A stretch of 62,902 nucleotides of DNA, filler included, from Platydemus manokwari (GCA_037951405.1; 5 parts of 5 records of this genome joined end to end with filler, not necessarily neighbours in it); one strand, 5' to 3'. Counted from the whole stretch's first letter, positions 40,001 through 54,029 are shown. Program-made: numbers and translations. Notes: a model not told the origin generated them from the sequence alone.

Positions 40001-43000
40001 CAGTTACGTCATTACCAATTTCAGGCATAATATTTATTTAAAAATCTACACTAATTCACCAACCAATTATTTAAACAAATACAACGTGTTACTTTATTTA
40101 ATCACGTTGTTCGCCTCCTCTTAAAGACCACTCCACCGTTTCAGCCACTCTAATCCCTTCGATTTTATCACATGAGGGAATTGAATCTTCACTTGTCTGT
40201 CTGACGTGAATCCAATAATTTGATAGGGGCCTTCGTATTGGTATCCATTCTTCTTCCTCTTATGGGGATCTAGCACCTTCTCTCACGCATGATAAGCTCG
40301 ATGTGTTCTTTTTCCCCTGTCTCTGTTAGACATTATGTCGGCTGCTACTTTAGAATTTTCTCTAGCTGCTGCTGCAATATCATCTCAAGTTTGGTCCTTG
40401 TGATTCACATCTGTATGAACATTGATCCTCCGCTCGTAGATTATCTCGAAAGGCGAGAACTTCGTGTTGATTGATGTGTTGCGTTGATGCAGAACTCTAT
40501 GCTTGGAAACAATTTAGCCCAATTTTTCTCATGGCTCCCACCCATAAAATAGTTGTTATCATATCCCGTATCGTCCTGATGACTCATTCCGCCAGCCCGT
40601 TTGATTGATGCTGGTATGGTGAGCTGAATTCTTGTTTGATACCCAACTTTAAACACGCTTCCCTCATTTTGAACAAGTCTCTTTCATAAATCTGAATCCA
40701 AATTGTTTCCTGTTATCAGATAAAATGCCCTTTGACTTCAAAATGACCTAGAAAATTGTCTTTTCGTCTTCCTTAGATGTAGCAGTGAGGCTCACCAGCT
40801 GATGAAAACTTGTCGATAATGACTACTAGATACTTCTTGTTACTATACATCGTATCCATTTTGGAAGTGCCCACCACGATTTGCTCTTGAATCTCAGAGC
40901 CTAACCGAGGGAGCAGAAACTCCTTAGTTCTGGATTGATCAATATTTCTCTTTGCACATATAATACATTCTCTCAGTATCTCTTCGATGGTGTTAAACAT
41001 GTTGGGCCAATAAAAACTCTCGTCCAAACATGCGAAGGTTTTCTTTGAGCCTACATAGCAGAGTTCCTCGTGAATTGTCTTGACAAATTGAGCGGCAAAA
41101 TCTTTATGTATTATAGCAGCTAAACCTTTCTCTTTCTCCAGCATCAGCGTATTATCGACAACCTTCAGTTTATCTTTAATTCTCGAAAGTGAATGTTAAT
41201 TCCAGAATTCCGGGATAGTTAGAGTTATTTCACCATTTAGAAACCTGAATGTCTCCACTATTTCTGTATCGTTGTGCTGTGATTCCTGTATTTTTCTACA
41301 TTAAGTCTGAATTTATTTGTATTTGGGCTAAATATTTAGTTTTCTGTTTCGGTGTTTGCTCCATCGTGTCTCGTCTTGCACTGGGAACATAGTGTCTCGT
41401 AGATCCTAGACAATCCATCTGCGTTGTTATGATTCCCTCTTTTTCTGTATCTTAAATCGTAATCGTGTTCTGACAGAGCTGCCAGCCATCTTTGAAATTA
41501 AAGGCTGATCGGTTTTCGTATCGAGTTCAAGCATACCAGGGATTTCTGATTCGTCCTCGTGATGAATTTCTTCTCGTACAAGTATTGTCTAAAGTAAATA
41601 ACATACTCAATAATAGTTTCTTTCTGATAACACAGTACCTTTTCTCGTGACTAGTCAGCAATCGATACCCATAAGCTATAACTACTTCTGCTCCTTCTTC
41701 AGTAACTTTGCTTAGAACAGCCCCGATTGCATCGAAATTTGCGTCCGTATCGAGTACAAATATCCTGTTTTCTTTTGGGTCATCTAAAATTGGTGCTTCA
41801 CATAGTGCCGACTTTATCTTCTGGGTATTGGGGCATCTTGTATCTGTTCGATTTTGTTGTAATTAGTCTATATGCACTTGGCACTGAGCATGCGGCCTAA
41901 AAACCTTACATCATCTCTGATAAGTGTACATTTCCTCAAATTCACTTTCATACTCAACTCTTGAATTCGTCGAAAAACATGGCTTCCAGTAGATTGCATG
42001 CTCTAACTGAGTTTTTCCGTATATTAACACATCATCAAAATATACCCCAAGGCCACTCAACAACTTGTGCATTAGTTTTTAAAAGGTTGCTGGTGCCGTA
42101 GATAGTCCAAACGGGAGTCTGTTGAGATAAAAGCCGTCTTGTGATAAAAGCCGTGCAATCTTGGGATATCGGACTTAGTTCTACTTGGTAATAAGCCTGT
42201 CCCAAATCTATCGAGGAGAAATATTTAGTATCTGCCATACAGTCTAGAAGTTGGTGGATAACCGACATGGGAGAACTAAATTTTTATGTCACTTCATTGA
42301 CTCTTCGATAATCTACACACATCCGGATCGATACGTCTTTTTTTCCTACGATGACCAGTGGTGAATCTTGAGCAAGTTTTTTATCACATCTTCGATTTTT
42401 GCTTCTAAGTCCATTAGCTGTCTTTTGGGATTCTGTGAAATAGGATTTCCTATAATCATAATATCGTGAATAACTAGGTTGTTTCTGTCTAGATCCAATT
42501 TTGAAACCATAAATATTTTTCCATATTCCTTGACGAGTCTTCCAATTCTTCAGTGTTCCCAGTCTTGATCGGTTCCTTTGCGTGTCTCGATTTTTTCTCA
42601 TCTGTATATTTGTTGTTAAATTGTGATGAATCGATTGTGGCCACATCTTTCAGCTGAATCAATACCCCCAATGAAATAGGGACAAATTCTTTTTGTTATC
42701 ACAACCCTACTTTTTCTTTTCTTTCCTTTCCACTCAGCAATCACATCTGAATAGTCCAGAGAGCTTTCGGCACCCGTTTAAAACGCTTCTCTAGGCGTAA
42801 TCAAACAATCTTGCAATTTTAGGCTTTCCATTTTCTTCCAATAGTTCTCGCTCATCAATGTGATAGACTCTCCCGTATCCCACAACCACTCTACTTCACC
42901 TCCGTTGATCAACACTTTATTTCACACTCTAGTGTCGTCCTTCTTAAACATCTCTTCACGTGTGTTTCCATTTTGAATTTTCTTGTGATCTATTGATTCA

Positions 43001-44080
43001 ACTCCATCGACGAAATGTATACGACAGGATTGTTGTGGTTTTTTGATCTTCTATCTCGTGCATTACTGGGTCTTCAATTGGATCAAATTGCTCCTTGATC
43101 TCGTCCTGAATACATAAAATTCTACCTTCTACGCTGTGTCTTGTACTTCGTATTAAATGGCATGAACTTCTTGTCCGCATATTTAACATTTGTGCCTAAT
43201 GGGACACAGGCTTCCGTAGTGTCCGCTTTCTCGACAGCAGAAGCGATTTTCTACGCACAATCGTTCTTCTTTTGGATCTGGCATGCCTCGACACTTATTT
43301 TAAAGTTTCTTGGCCATGTATTTCATCGAATACATTGTTTTTCATCTCTTTCTACCTGAAGCGAACATCTATTCTGAAGCTATTGGCTCGGGGTTCCGTG
43401 TTCTGATAGAATGGGGCAGATTATAATTACAGGACTCGTTGCTTTCTTTTTGTACTGGTTATTCCACCGGTTGTTTCTTCCAGTTTCTTGCGATTGGGCA
43501 TAGCTGTCTCTACGAATTGTAGAGAATCTCGTTGTGAACTTTGTTTTCGATTCTCGAACATTTTTGCAGCACTTCTATGATAACCGTGTCTGGTTTTAGG
43601 GCAAGAGTGTCTTTTAACCTATTCGATCTTGTTTTCTTGCTGATGATATCGTTCACTATGAGATCTTGTTTCAATCGGGAATTCATCACTGCCTCAACCA
43701 ATCTGTGAACTTTTATCTCGAAAGTGACAAACCGTTCGCTCTCCGATTGTTGAACATTTGCCAGTTTGACAATCATATCCATTATAGATTTTTTTTATTG
43801 TAAATGTATCTTCATACCACGATTTAGATGACTCTTCTGTGGTATCTTTCGATTTGAAGTATTTCCACAAGATACCTTCCTCTTCTGAAAGCAGTAAATT
43901 AAATGCGCTGATCAGGCTGAGATTATTAACTAATATCTACTCCTCTGTATCTTGCATCCACTTTGCCGCTTCATTGGAATTTCTTCCCTCGAATTTTTGA
44001 ATATTGAAATTGAGTGATATCGATTTTAGTAGTAAATAGAACTAGATTTTGGAGGCTTAACCCTGACCCCCAACTATCGA
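40001..44080 (-). mobile_element. Decayed near full-length Ty3/Gypsy retrotransposon (gag-PR-RT-RNase H-IN)
   Basis: gag ~43150-44020; protease WDTGES ~42880; RT RMCVDYR and KYFSSIDLGQAYYQV; RNase H VLDTDA..AIGAVLS ~41710-41760; integrase HEELC...FYWP...CIIC and KYLVVIIDKFS; short LTR-like end ~40001-40104. 5' LTR not found. Confidence 0.9.
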
Positions 44081-44197
44081 TGTATTTTCTTTCTTTTTTA
44101 TTCCCATGCATTCGTTCTCTTTTACTCACTCGCTTTTGTTATGAAATTATATTGAATAAAAGTCATTTTTTTAACAACTCTTTTTTTTAAAAACTAG

Positions 44198-44260
44198 AAA
44201 ATTACAAAAATTACAAAAATTACAAAAATTAAAAAACTTGAAAATTACAAAAATTACAAA
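44198..44260. repeat. 9-bp tandem repeat (aaaattaca)n
   Basis: About seven imperfect units. Confidence 0.8.
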
Positions 44261-44979
44261 CACTCAGAAACTATAAAATGAAAATCTATTGAAAAAAATC
44301 TAAAAATTGAGTGTGCATAAATACCAAATTTGTAACTCAACGTTTAAAACTATTCAAGATTTAAAAGCTCACGAAATATCTAAAAAGCATATAATGAAAT
44401 TTAATTATCACAGTTGACGTAAAGTGATAGACCTAATTGGAACTATGGAAATCAAAACATTCTTATTGAACTACTCCATTGAAAATACCGATTGAGAACT
44501 TTGAGAACTGATAATACCACCTTAATGTAAGACCGTTTTATGTAAATGTTATAAAATCTGTGAACTGTAAGGATGGTTATTGTAAAAAGGCCCCAAGAAT
44601 ATGGCGATCAATTGATAACAGTTACAAAATGAATTCAAACAAGGAAACAAATCCAATTACACTAGATAATGAAGGTTTCACAATGATAAGGAGGAAAACA
44701 CAAAGAAACTCTAGAAGGGGATCTCAGCCGCGAGGTTATACCCCAAAGTTTAAATCAGAAAATCCAAAAAACTAATATAAACTTGAATATAAATGTTTAT
44801 GAATAAATATTAGTAGTACTAATTTTATTATTGACATAAATAATATAAACAAACATAAATCATAATAACTATCAATTTATTTAAACAAACTATTACAATT
44901 TGATAGATTTCAAGTAAAATCCTTAATCATCTAATTTATAGTTTTTCTTGAATATGTATGTTTCAAATTTTAATATATT

Positions 44980-47900
44980 TCAATTATTTCCATCACAAAA
45001 CATATTGCCGAGAACTCCAAAATATCCGAAATTAAGGAAAGCAATTGATTCTTGCATAAACGGATACAAACTAAAAAGTCTAGTTATTTCTATTTGAAAA
45101 ATGTCAGAGTTAAACAAATTTCCGTTAAGATACACCTAAAATACAAATTTCAATTGAATATAATTTCGTTTTAAACTTTTATTTACAAAAAAAATAAAAT
45201 ATAATAATTGTATAAATATAAGAATTAACAAATTTTTATATTCAATTTAAAAATATTGTGAGTGATAATTTCAAAAATATTTTTAATAATAATCTTGAAT
45301 TATTTTAACTGCAAAATAACAAGCTCGGATTTTTGAAATCTTGTACTTTCAATAATATTGTTAATTGACTTTGCTTGTAATATCAAAATGAGCTCAACAA
45401 AGTGCATCTTATCAAGTAAATTTAATACAATTTGATGTAATTTTAAGATTATTTATTATTCAGAATAGGCTAATTTTATTAAGAAATGTATTATAAAATA
45501 CAGAAATTTGAATAATTTGACTTTATAATATTCTCGTTTTTGCTTGACCTCGGAGTCGGAGTACAAACAACGTTTGCGACATTAATTGAAATCAAAACAT
45601 TTTATTACCTAACGTATCATTATGACAATTTTGTATAATCGTTGATGTAATAAGAATAGTAGAATATTAATTCAAAGGTTTTACAAATATTATAGTATTT
45701 AAACAAATACACATATATACATATATTACATCCGTCCGTCTTCCGAAAAAGCCTGCGTCTTGGTAATTCAGGTATCTTGCTGGCATTTTATTTCCGGTAG
45801 ACCTCTTCATTTTCCCGCTCACCTTTGGTAATATCTCCTTTTTTGAGTCATCATTTCAGTTGATGCTTTGTCGCTTGCTTATACTTTCGATACTAGTATC
45901 ATTATCCCATCCTCCATCATCATTTGCGATATTATCTGTATTTCAGATTTTTTTACTTGATTATAGTTTCGTTTAATATTTTTATTCAAATTCTGACTAT
46001 GGAGCTTATAAGTCGATGCATTTATTTTCTCTAAAATCTTGAATGAATCTACAAATCTTTTACCAAAAGATTTGTAAAGAGGATTTTCAATCATTACCGT
46101 ATCACCAACTGATAATTCATGGGAATATTTCCCTCGGTTATAGTATTCTGCTTGCTTCACAATCTGATTCTTATTATAATTCTGTACTTCTTCCAAAATT
46201 TTCCTATGATGATTCATAAACTCTTCCATAATTTTCTTTTTATATATGGCCTTGACCCATTAATAAATAGCCGTGGTTTTTTACCTAAAAGAACTTAGAA
46301 TGGCGAATACTTCATTGATTTGTGCGGTGACATCCGCCATCCCAGCATGAGTGATTCTTCAATGATGCTGTAATTATGCTTTGCATTATCCTAAAAGTTT
46401 TCTTAATTAGTCAATTTGACAGTGGATAATATGGGGAAGAAAATGTTCTCTTTATTTCCATACTGACGCATAATTCTGATATTAATGTCGATTGAAAATT
46501 CGTTCAGTTGTCTGAGTGTATGCGTTCTGGAGATCCAAATTTGCTTATCCCCTCTTTCTATAATGCCTTGGGTAAATTTTCTGTGGTGATATGCTTTAAT
46601 TGGATAAGCGATACATATTTGGAAAAATAATCTATTATTATAATATTATACCTAGTATAAACCGGTTTTCTTGATTTGTTTCAGGTTATGATTAGGCAAT
46701 ATCGATACCAACAATTTTGAACGGCTTTATTTGTGATTATTATTAGCAATTTGGCTCTATTTCTTCCATCAATTTTAAAATTTGAATCCAAATTTTAATA
46801 TCACAATAAATTCTATTTTTCTTATAGTACAATGCATCACTTCTAATTCACAATTATTCATTCTTTTTCCACATATTTTTGTAACGATAAATTTTTTATA
46901 AATCTATGACAATCCCGCTGAGAATGACATTTATCATCATTTTCAATTCTTCATCTTTATTCTGATCTAACAACTGTCTTGTTCCATTCGACACAAAACT
47001 TTCTCATTTTCCTTACATGATACTTTGGATTTTTCAAAGTTCACCTTTATATTAACTCTTTTTGTGGATTTTGATGCTTGATAGAGCGTTATTCACATTG
47101 TGGAAATCGTGATATCGCATCTACATCGATGTGTTCTTTGCCTTTTCTATATTATATTTCCATTTCAAATATTTCAAACTATGCTTTCCATATACAATAT
47201 TGGTATATACAGAAATTGGTATAGCGGTTGGGTAATATCAGCAAAATCCTTTATAAACCGCCTATAATAATTACATAATCTCAGAAATTCCCGTAGGTCC
47301 TTGACACTGAGGATTTAACTAATTTTTATTATCGCAAGTTTGTCTTCATCTGTTCTTATGTCGTTACCGTCAATCACAGGTGCTAAATATTTAATTTCTT
47401 TTTTTAATAGAAAACATTTCCTTGAAGGCATTTTCAATCCAGCTTCATCCAATTGACTCAAAACTCTTTCCAACCTTTCATTGTATTCATTGACTGTTCT
47501 TCCAAATATCAGAATATTATCTAGATGGATTACACAGTTTGTCTAATTTTCGGTCTTCAATACCATATTCATAAGTTTCTAAAAAGTCGCAGGCGCTGAA
47601 TATACTCCAAAGAGCATTTGATTAAACTAAAGATGTCTGTATCTAGTACTGAATGATGTTTTTTGTTTACTTCTTTCTCCAATTTAACTTGATGGTATTA
47701 GTGTCCAAATCCATTGTTGAAAAATATCTGGCTCCTTGTCTTCTGAATCTGTAGTAAAACTATCTATGTATTTCGATAGAATCCTCTTAAGATTATTCTT
47801 ATCCTCAGAATTCAGTTTATCATCTAAGTTCTGCACAATGTTTTTTTTTTAATATTTTATCTAATCTACTTTCTCTCTTTTTGGAATATAAATTATATAA

Positions 47901-50234
47901 CCCAAGTGAATTCACAATGCCGTATTCACATATTAGGAGATCTCCTCATTTTGTTTGAATCATCCTTTTTCATTAGTCTATTGACTAAATCTTAGCTTAT
48001 TACATTAAGCTCAGCTCCCTTATCAAAGACTATCTTCAATTTCTCATTTTCAATACTTCAATCGACTATTGATTTATTTATGCCTTTTCTGGTCTTCGGT
48101 TCGTTATAAGCATATCTGCTTTTGTCAATAATCTATTTGGTTTAGCCCCTTGCCCATTGACTAGTTCTGCATAATTGTCCTTGATCGAAATGAATCGATT
48201 GTGTCTAGACTTTCTTGATTTAACTTGTTTCCAGAAAGTGTATCTATGCTCAAGACATTTTCCTCGTCTGATGTGATGCTTCTTTCTTAGGCATTTAAAT
48301 ATTTGACATCCTTGACATCTGTACGACAGAATCTTTACAGATGGGAGTCACCACTTCGAAAACATTCAACTGTTTTCCAAAAACAAGAATATTATCCTTT
48401 TTTAAAAAACAAACTTGAAACAAACTACATCCTTCGTTGGTTTTCGGCTCTCTTTTAATTACGAAATGTATTTCTTGAGCCTTAAATTCTCAGCCTTTAA
48501 TCTTTGATGTCCTTTTTGTCTGATTTTATGTGTTTCACATCCATAGGTTATACAAATCTTTGGATTCTGGCTATGATACATCAGTTTCTTCAATGATAAG
48601 TCTGACGGCTTCATCTATATTTTTGGGGTTGTATTGCTTCAGTCCAAATTTGTAGCTCTTATTAAAAAACCTCTTCCTTATTTTCAATATTTATTCCAAC
48701 CAAGGAAATTTTAAATATTTTTGAAAAGTCCTTGATGGACCCCGACGGCTGTTGATAAAGTGTCTCGACAATCGAATATGGTGTCATTGCTGACTTCTTC
48801 GTGTATATATCAACAAGAAATTTTAAACTATATTAAACGGAGTTTTTAGTTCTGAGATTTCCACCGAAACGGTTAAGGTTAGAGAAAAATTTGGAAAATA
48901 AATTCTAATTAAAAAGTACTTGTGCAAGTTATTGATAAAACCCTTCCTGGAGACGTTAATTGTATTACTAAGTCAGTTTTGGTTATATTTTTCATGAATA
49001 TTTGTTATGTTTTGCAAAATTATAAATTGTTTTATAACATTATATTCAAGTTTAAAAACATCATCGGTGATAATAACCTTTACAATTATTATTCATTTCT
49101 TTGTTAATATTATAGATGTAATTAATTAATTTAAAAATTATTATTAGAAATATTTTTCTTAAATCGGTTTAATTTATCACCTATGATACAACCAGCTATG
49201 ACGCAAGTAAAATAATCTAAAGATCAATGCAACAAGTTGATAAAAACAATAATTCATTGAAATAATTTATAGAAAATTCTTACTTTTTTCACCTTTTTAA
49301 GTAAACACATTGTAATACACGTAATTACAATATTAAATGCATAAAATCCTATCAAGGAAAGTGCTAGGTCTTTTTTGGGAAGATCCGATAAGCCTTTATC
49401 ATAATCGGCACATTTTCCGAAACTAAATATTGGTAAATATTGAGGAAATTTTCCATAAGGTGAATCAATATTTCCATCCAGTATCTCCTTTACTACTGTA
49501 TCAACTGTCGTTCGATTTCCATGACGAGCAAGATCAACTAGTTCACAGTAATTCTTAAACTGTGTAAAAATTCAAGAAATCAGAACAAATTGTACATTTG
49601 TATCCAACAGACATTTTGCTAAACCTAAAAGAGATTTTCCACCAAAGAAATTTATCCCGAAAGACTGAGGATTGTGGTCGTCATCAAAATGCAGAAATGC
49701 CGAACATGAACCATGCACATAAAACATACAAGGATAATGTGAGGATATATCTTTTAAATCATTTTTTTCAATCTTCAATTTCTTTTTCATGCTTTCCAAA
49801 AACTGAAGCAATAACAGCAAACATATTATTGATATCAATAATTATGCTCATGAACATTCACCTTATTTATTATTTCACCGTCAAAGTCTCCATAGCCTTC
49901 GACTTGAATATCTTGAACAACCATGTTTTCAATACCTATTTGTTCTAAAGCTATTTGATATCCAATAATTAACGAATTCAGTTCATCTATGAATTTAACA
50001 TCTTTGTTCAGAATCGATTTTATTTTATCTCTAAATATCATTTCATTATTTTATTATAAATATAAAATCCATCAAACTTGTTTCTCATTGCGAATACACC
50101 TGTTATGCGAATCTTGTAATCATTATCATCCAGTTGTAATGCATTCATTTGTAGAAATTTCAATGCATCTTCAAAATCATTGATCAAAATTTAGTAATTG
50201 TTCAAATCAGATTCGAAACCCTTTCAATATCTTT
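44980..50234 (-). pseudogene. Divergent type II pantothenate kinase (fumble)-like gene, intron-containing, disrupted
   Basis: Exons 50078-50234 (IRITGVFAMRN; contains stop and frameshift), 49862-50030 (FIDELNSLIIG), 49596-49802 (YPCMFYVHGSC...FGGKSLLGLAKCLL), 49284-49559 (LARHGNRTTVDTVVKEI...FSFGK...KKDLALSL), 44980-45135 (VYLNGNLF...AFLNFGYFGVLG). Order matches the PanK motifs ATGGG, LDELDCL, YP.LLVNIGSG, GGGTFLGL, GD...VDKLV.DI, SSFG, EDLA, VVFVGNF, GYFGAVG. Splice phases are compatible. Confidence 0.8.
45646..48800 (-). mobile_element. Heavily decayed Ty3/Gypsy element inside the last PanK-like intron
   Basis: 85-bp 3' LTR 45646-45730 with TGTAATA...TATTACA termini, preceded by a purine-rich tract. 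Integrase remnants 45880-46730, RT remnants 47250-47750 (YFSTMDL, FGVYSAPATF, IHLDNILIFG), CCHC-like gag ~48290-48370. Confidence 0.8.
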
Positions 50235-50289
50235 CTAAATATGTGCTATATTCAAATAGACCTAAACAATACCATAACACATACCAATT

Positions 50290-52471
50290 ACAAAGAATAA
50301 CCAGAAGAAACACCGATTAGAGAGTTTACCGAAACAAGCACCAGAAGTGCTCAACTTCAATATTCGAAAATTTGATGGAAGAAATTCAAATGAGGCCGCA
50401 AAATGGATGCAAAATACAGAGGAATGCCTATTAATTAATAATTTCAACCTGATTAGTGCATTCGATTTACTGCTTTCAGATGAAGAAGGCATTTTGTGGA
50501 AAAACTTTAAATCGGAGGATACCACAGAAAATTCAGCTAAATCGTTGTTTGAAGATACATTGACAATCGAAAATCCACATTCAAGATAAAATTTCACTGA
50601 TTGGTCAAGACGGTGATTGATTCCGGATTGAAACAATATTCTGTAGTGAAAGATATCATCATCAAAAGAACACAATCGAATGGATTAAAAGACGCTCTTG
50701 CTCCAAAATCAGACATGGATATCATAGAAGTTAGGAGTGCTGCAAAGATGTTCGAGAATTGAGAAAAAAGTTTAAAACAAGATTTCCAAAAGTTCGCTTC
50801 AGGTAGAGAAAGTAGAAAAATTTTACAATAAGTGTCGAGGCATGCAGTATCCAAAAGAAGAACAATTGCGCGGAGATAATTGCTTCTGCTGTGGAGAAAG
50901 CGGACACTACAGAAGTCAGTTTTCACTAAGGGACAAATATTTATTATTCCGACAAAAATGCCATCATTTCAGATCATTCCATTTAATATGAGGTATCAGA
51001 CACAGAGTACATGGTAAAATTTTATGTATTCAGGATGAGATCGTAGAGCAATTTGATCCAATTGAAGACCCAGTAATTTACGAGGTCAAAGATAATAAAA
51101 ACCACAACAACTCCGTCGCATACATTTCGTCGGTGGGGTTGAATCAGTAGATAACAAGAAAATTCGAAATGGAACCAGACGTGAAGAGATGTTTAAGAAG
51201 GACGACACTAGAGTGTGGAATAAAGTGTTGATCAACGGCACTGAAGTGAAGATGTTGTTGAATTCTTGAGAGTCAATCATAGTGATGAGCGAGAACTATT
51301 GGAGGAAAGTGGGAGGCCCAAAATTGCACGATAGTTTGATTACGCTTAGTGATGTGTTTTCAACGGGTGCGAACACCCTCTGGGTTATTCAGATGCATTT
51401 CCTATTGGAAAAGAAAGAAAAGAAAAATTAGTGTTGTAATAGCAAAAAGAATATGTCCCGATTTTATTGGAGATGTTGACACGCTGAATAAACCCAGCCC
51501 ATGTACTTTGAAGTAAAAATTGAAGATGTGATTAAAAACTTGCTCAATTTGTTAGGACAATTAACAAGGGGCTCTGCCACTTAGGCGCAAAGAAAACTTT
51601 TGCATTTTGAACGACAGTTTTTATTGGCCAGATGTGCTCAACACCATCAAAGAGATACTGAAGGAATGCATTATATGTGCAAAGAGAAAGATTGATCAAT
51701 CCAGAACTAAGAAATTTTTGCTCCCTCGGTTAGGCTTTGAGTTTCAAGAGAAAATCGTTATGGACATCGCTCAAATGAACACGATGTATAGTAATACGAA
51801 GTATCTAGTAGTCATTATGGGCAGATTCCGCAAGCTAGTGAACCTCACTGCTACATCTAACCAAGACGAAAAGACCATTTTCCAGGTCATTTTGAAATCG
51901 TGGATTTATCGTTTTGGAAAGCCAAAGAGCATTCGATCTGATAATGGGAAAGGCAAATTTTTGAAGGAGACTTGTTCAAAATTGGGAATCAAACAAGGAT
52001 TCATCTTACCCAAACCAGCATCAATCGAACAGGCTAGCGGAAAGAGTCATCAGGACCGTACGAGATATGATAACAGCTACTTTAAAGCGTAAGAGCCCTG
52101 AAAAAAATTGGGCTGAATTTCTGCTAAGGATTGAGTTTTGCATAAACGCAACACATCAGTAAACAACAAAATTTTCGCCTTTACAGATAATCTATGGGCG
52201 GAAGATCAATGTCCAAACAGATGTGAGTTACAAGAATCAAAGTTGAGATAATATTTCAGCAAGTCTGACAGACAAGTGAAGATTCAATTCCCTCATGCGA
52301 TAAAATCCAGACAATTAGAGTGGCTGAAGTGGTAGAACGGGTCCTAAGAAGACGTGAGAAACGTGATTAAATAAAGAAACACATTGTATTTGTTTTAAAT
52401 AATTGATTGACAAATTAGTGTAGATTTTTAAATAAATACTATCCCTGAAAGTGTTAATGACGTAACTATCA
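50290..52471 (+). mobile_element. Internally deleted copy of the Gypsy family at 40001-44080 (gag, PR, IN; RT/RNase H lost)
   Basis: gag LNFNIRKFDGRNSNEAAKWMQNTEE matches ~43850-44010; integrase ORF 51607-52092 (FYWP, CIIC, IRSDNG); ~108-bp LTR 52364-52471 (TGAT...ATCA). Confidence 0.9.
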
Positions 52472-52777
52472 TCAATATTATTATTATCGTTATATTTTTA
52501 AAAATTCTTGGAGAAATTTTTGGAAATCAAAATTCCTGGAAAATGTATAATTGGATTTTCAAAATATAGTTTTTTTATCCACAAATTTAGGTATAAGCAC
52601 CACCATTAATTTATAAATTTATTTTATATGCTTATAAGGATTCTAGTAAAGTTTTAATATTTTTTGATTTTTCATAATTTTAAACTGCTCGTTTCATGGT
52701 TTAAACAAAGATCGACAATAAATAAAATGAATTTCTAAGAGTAAATTTATTTAGACAATTACTTAGTTAATTATTAT

Positions 52778-52877
52778 NNNNNNNNNNNNNNNNNNNNNNN
52801 NNNNNNNNNNNNNNNNNNNNNTTAATTAATTAANNNNNNNNNNNNNNNNNNNNNNNNNNNNNNNNNNNNNNNNNNNN
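52778..52877. other. Assembly gap linker
   Basis: N44-TTAATTAATTAA-N44. Confidence 0.97.
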
Positions 52878-53545
52878 GGTCAGGCAACCCACATTCTCAT
52901 GACTGGTCGAACCTCCAATGCAATGAAAACTTTTATGTATTATAATAAATTTTACATTGATGACCTTGATGACGTAATAGTAAATGACTTTGAGTATTGG
53001 AATATGTTTATGAGTAGTAATCTAATTGAGGACTCTTATACGAAAACAATGCTCATTGACATTAATAAAATTAAAATGTTCCGAAACCTCCAAGAGACTA
53101 GACTTCATTAGTGAAATCATCTCACCTGATATGATTTATAAAATCAACTCCCTTATTATCAACATACAAGGTAACTCTGATGACATCGGGTGGCAACTTG
53201 AAAATGTCAACCAATTAGGCATTAAAATCAATACCATTCAATCCAATTTGACCTTGTCAATATTGTAACTGAAAATGATGCGATAAGTACTTGTAACTCG
53301 TGTAACAATGAAAAATCAGTAGAGTGTAAGCCATAATCAAAACACTATAAGCTTCTGTGATGATTGCCTTGACTGATTTCCCACAATTAATAGTACAGTT
53401 AAAAAAAATGAGAGAAAATTAATTGTTCGAATGCCAATATCCTATAGTACTCGATGAGTTATGGAAAGGACATTGACAAAATGTGCCTACACCAGTCTAT
53501 ACCATTTATGATCAACGAGATCATACTGGTGTAGATAAAGTAAAG

Positions 53546-53957
53546 CATGGTTTACTGATGTCGACAAGGCATTGTATCTTGATAGAAACATTATGAATGA
53601 ACATCATTTTGGTGTCAACCCTGTCAACGTCAGTGCATCAGCTGAAGGTAATCTTGAAATTACTCTAGTTCTTCTTAACCGGTTTATCAAATCAATTATT
53701 CTAATTTGCTCTCTGAAAATTTTAAATAGACATGAGTTCTTTTTGTGCATAATAGAGAATCTTTGGAGTCTGTTATAAAAACGCTTTATAAACCGGAAAT
53801 ATCTGTAAAACCGGCAGAAAATTTGAATAGAAATTTTAACGATATCTTTCTGGCGAAATTTAGTGTTTTTGACAATTCATATACCAATATTTTCAGAGAG
53901 AAAAATGGTTATGACTCTGGTTCATTTGTATGCGCATATAGATTATTTGTTATATAA
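53546..53957 (+). pseudogene. Degraded Ulp1/C48 SUMO-protease-like domain, probably transposon-borne
   Basis: AWFTDVDKALYL (~WLND..I..Y), ENLWSLL (~HWSL) and KNGYDSGSFVCAY (~Q.NGYDCGVFVC) appear in the correct order across frameshifts. Confidence 0.5.
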
Positions 53958-54029
53958 GCAAACAAGTCATCACAATTAACCCAAAATTTATTGCCCGCGT
54001 CCAATACGAAGTCTACCAGTTTATAGTGT

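Noticed and set aside
44560-44775. Basic 71-aa ORF between the Gypsy element and the PanK-like last exon
   Set aside because: Non-ATG start and no domain; possibly a TE fragment but unsupported.
49165-49220. Nearby acceptor giving LFYLRHSW as the PanK-like terminal exon
   Set aside because: Wrong phase and an early stop; exon 44980-45135 fits both the phase and the PanK C-terminus much better.
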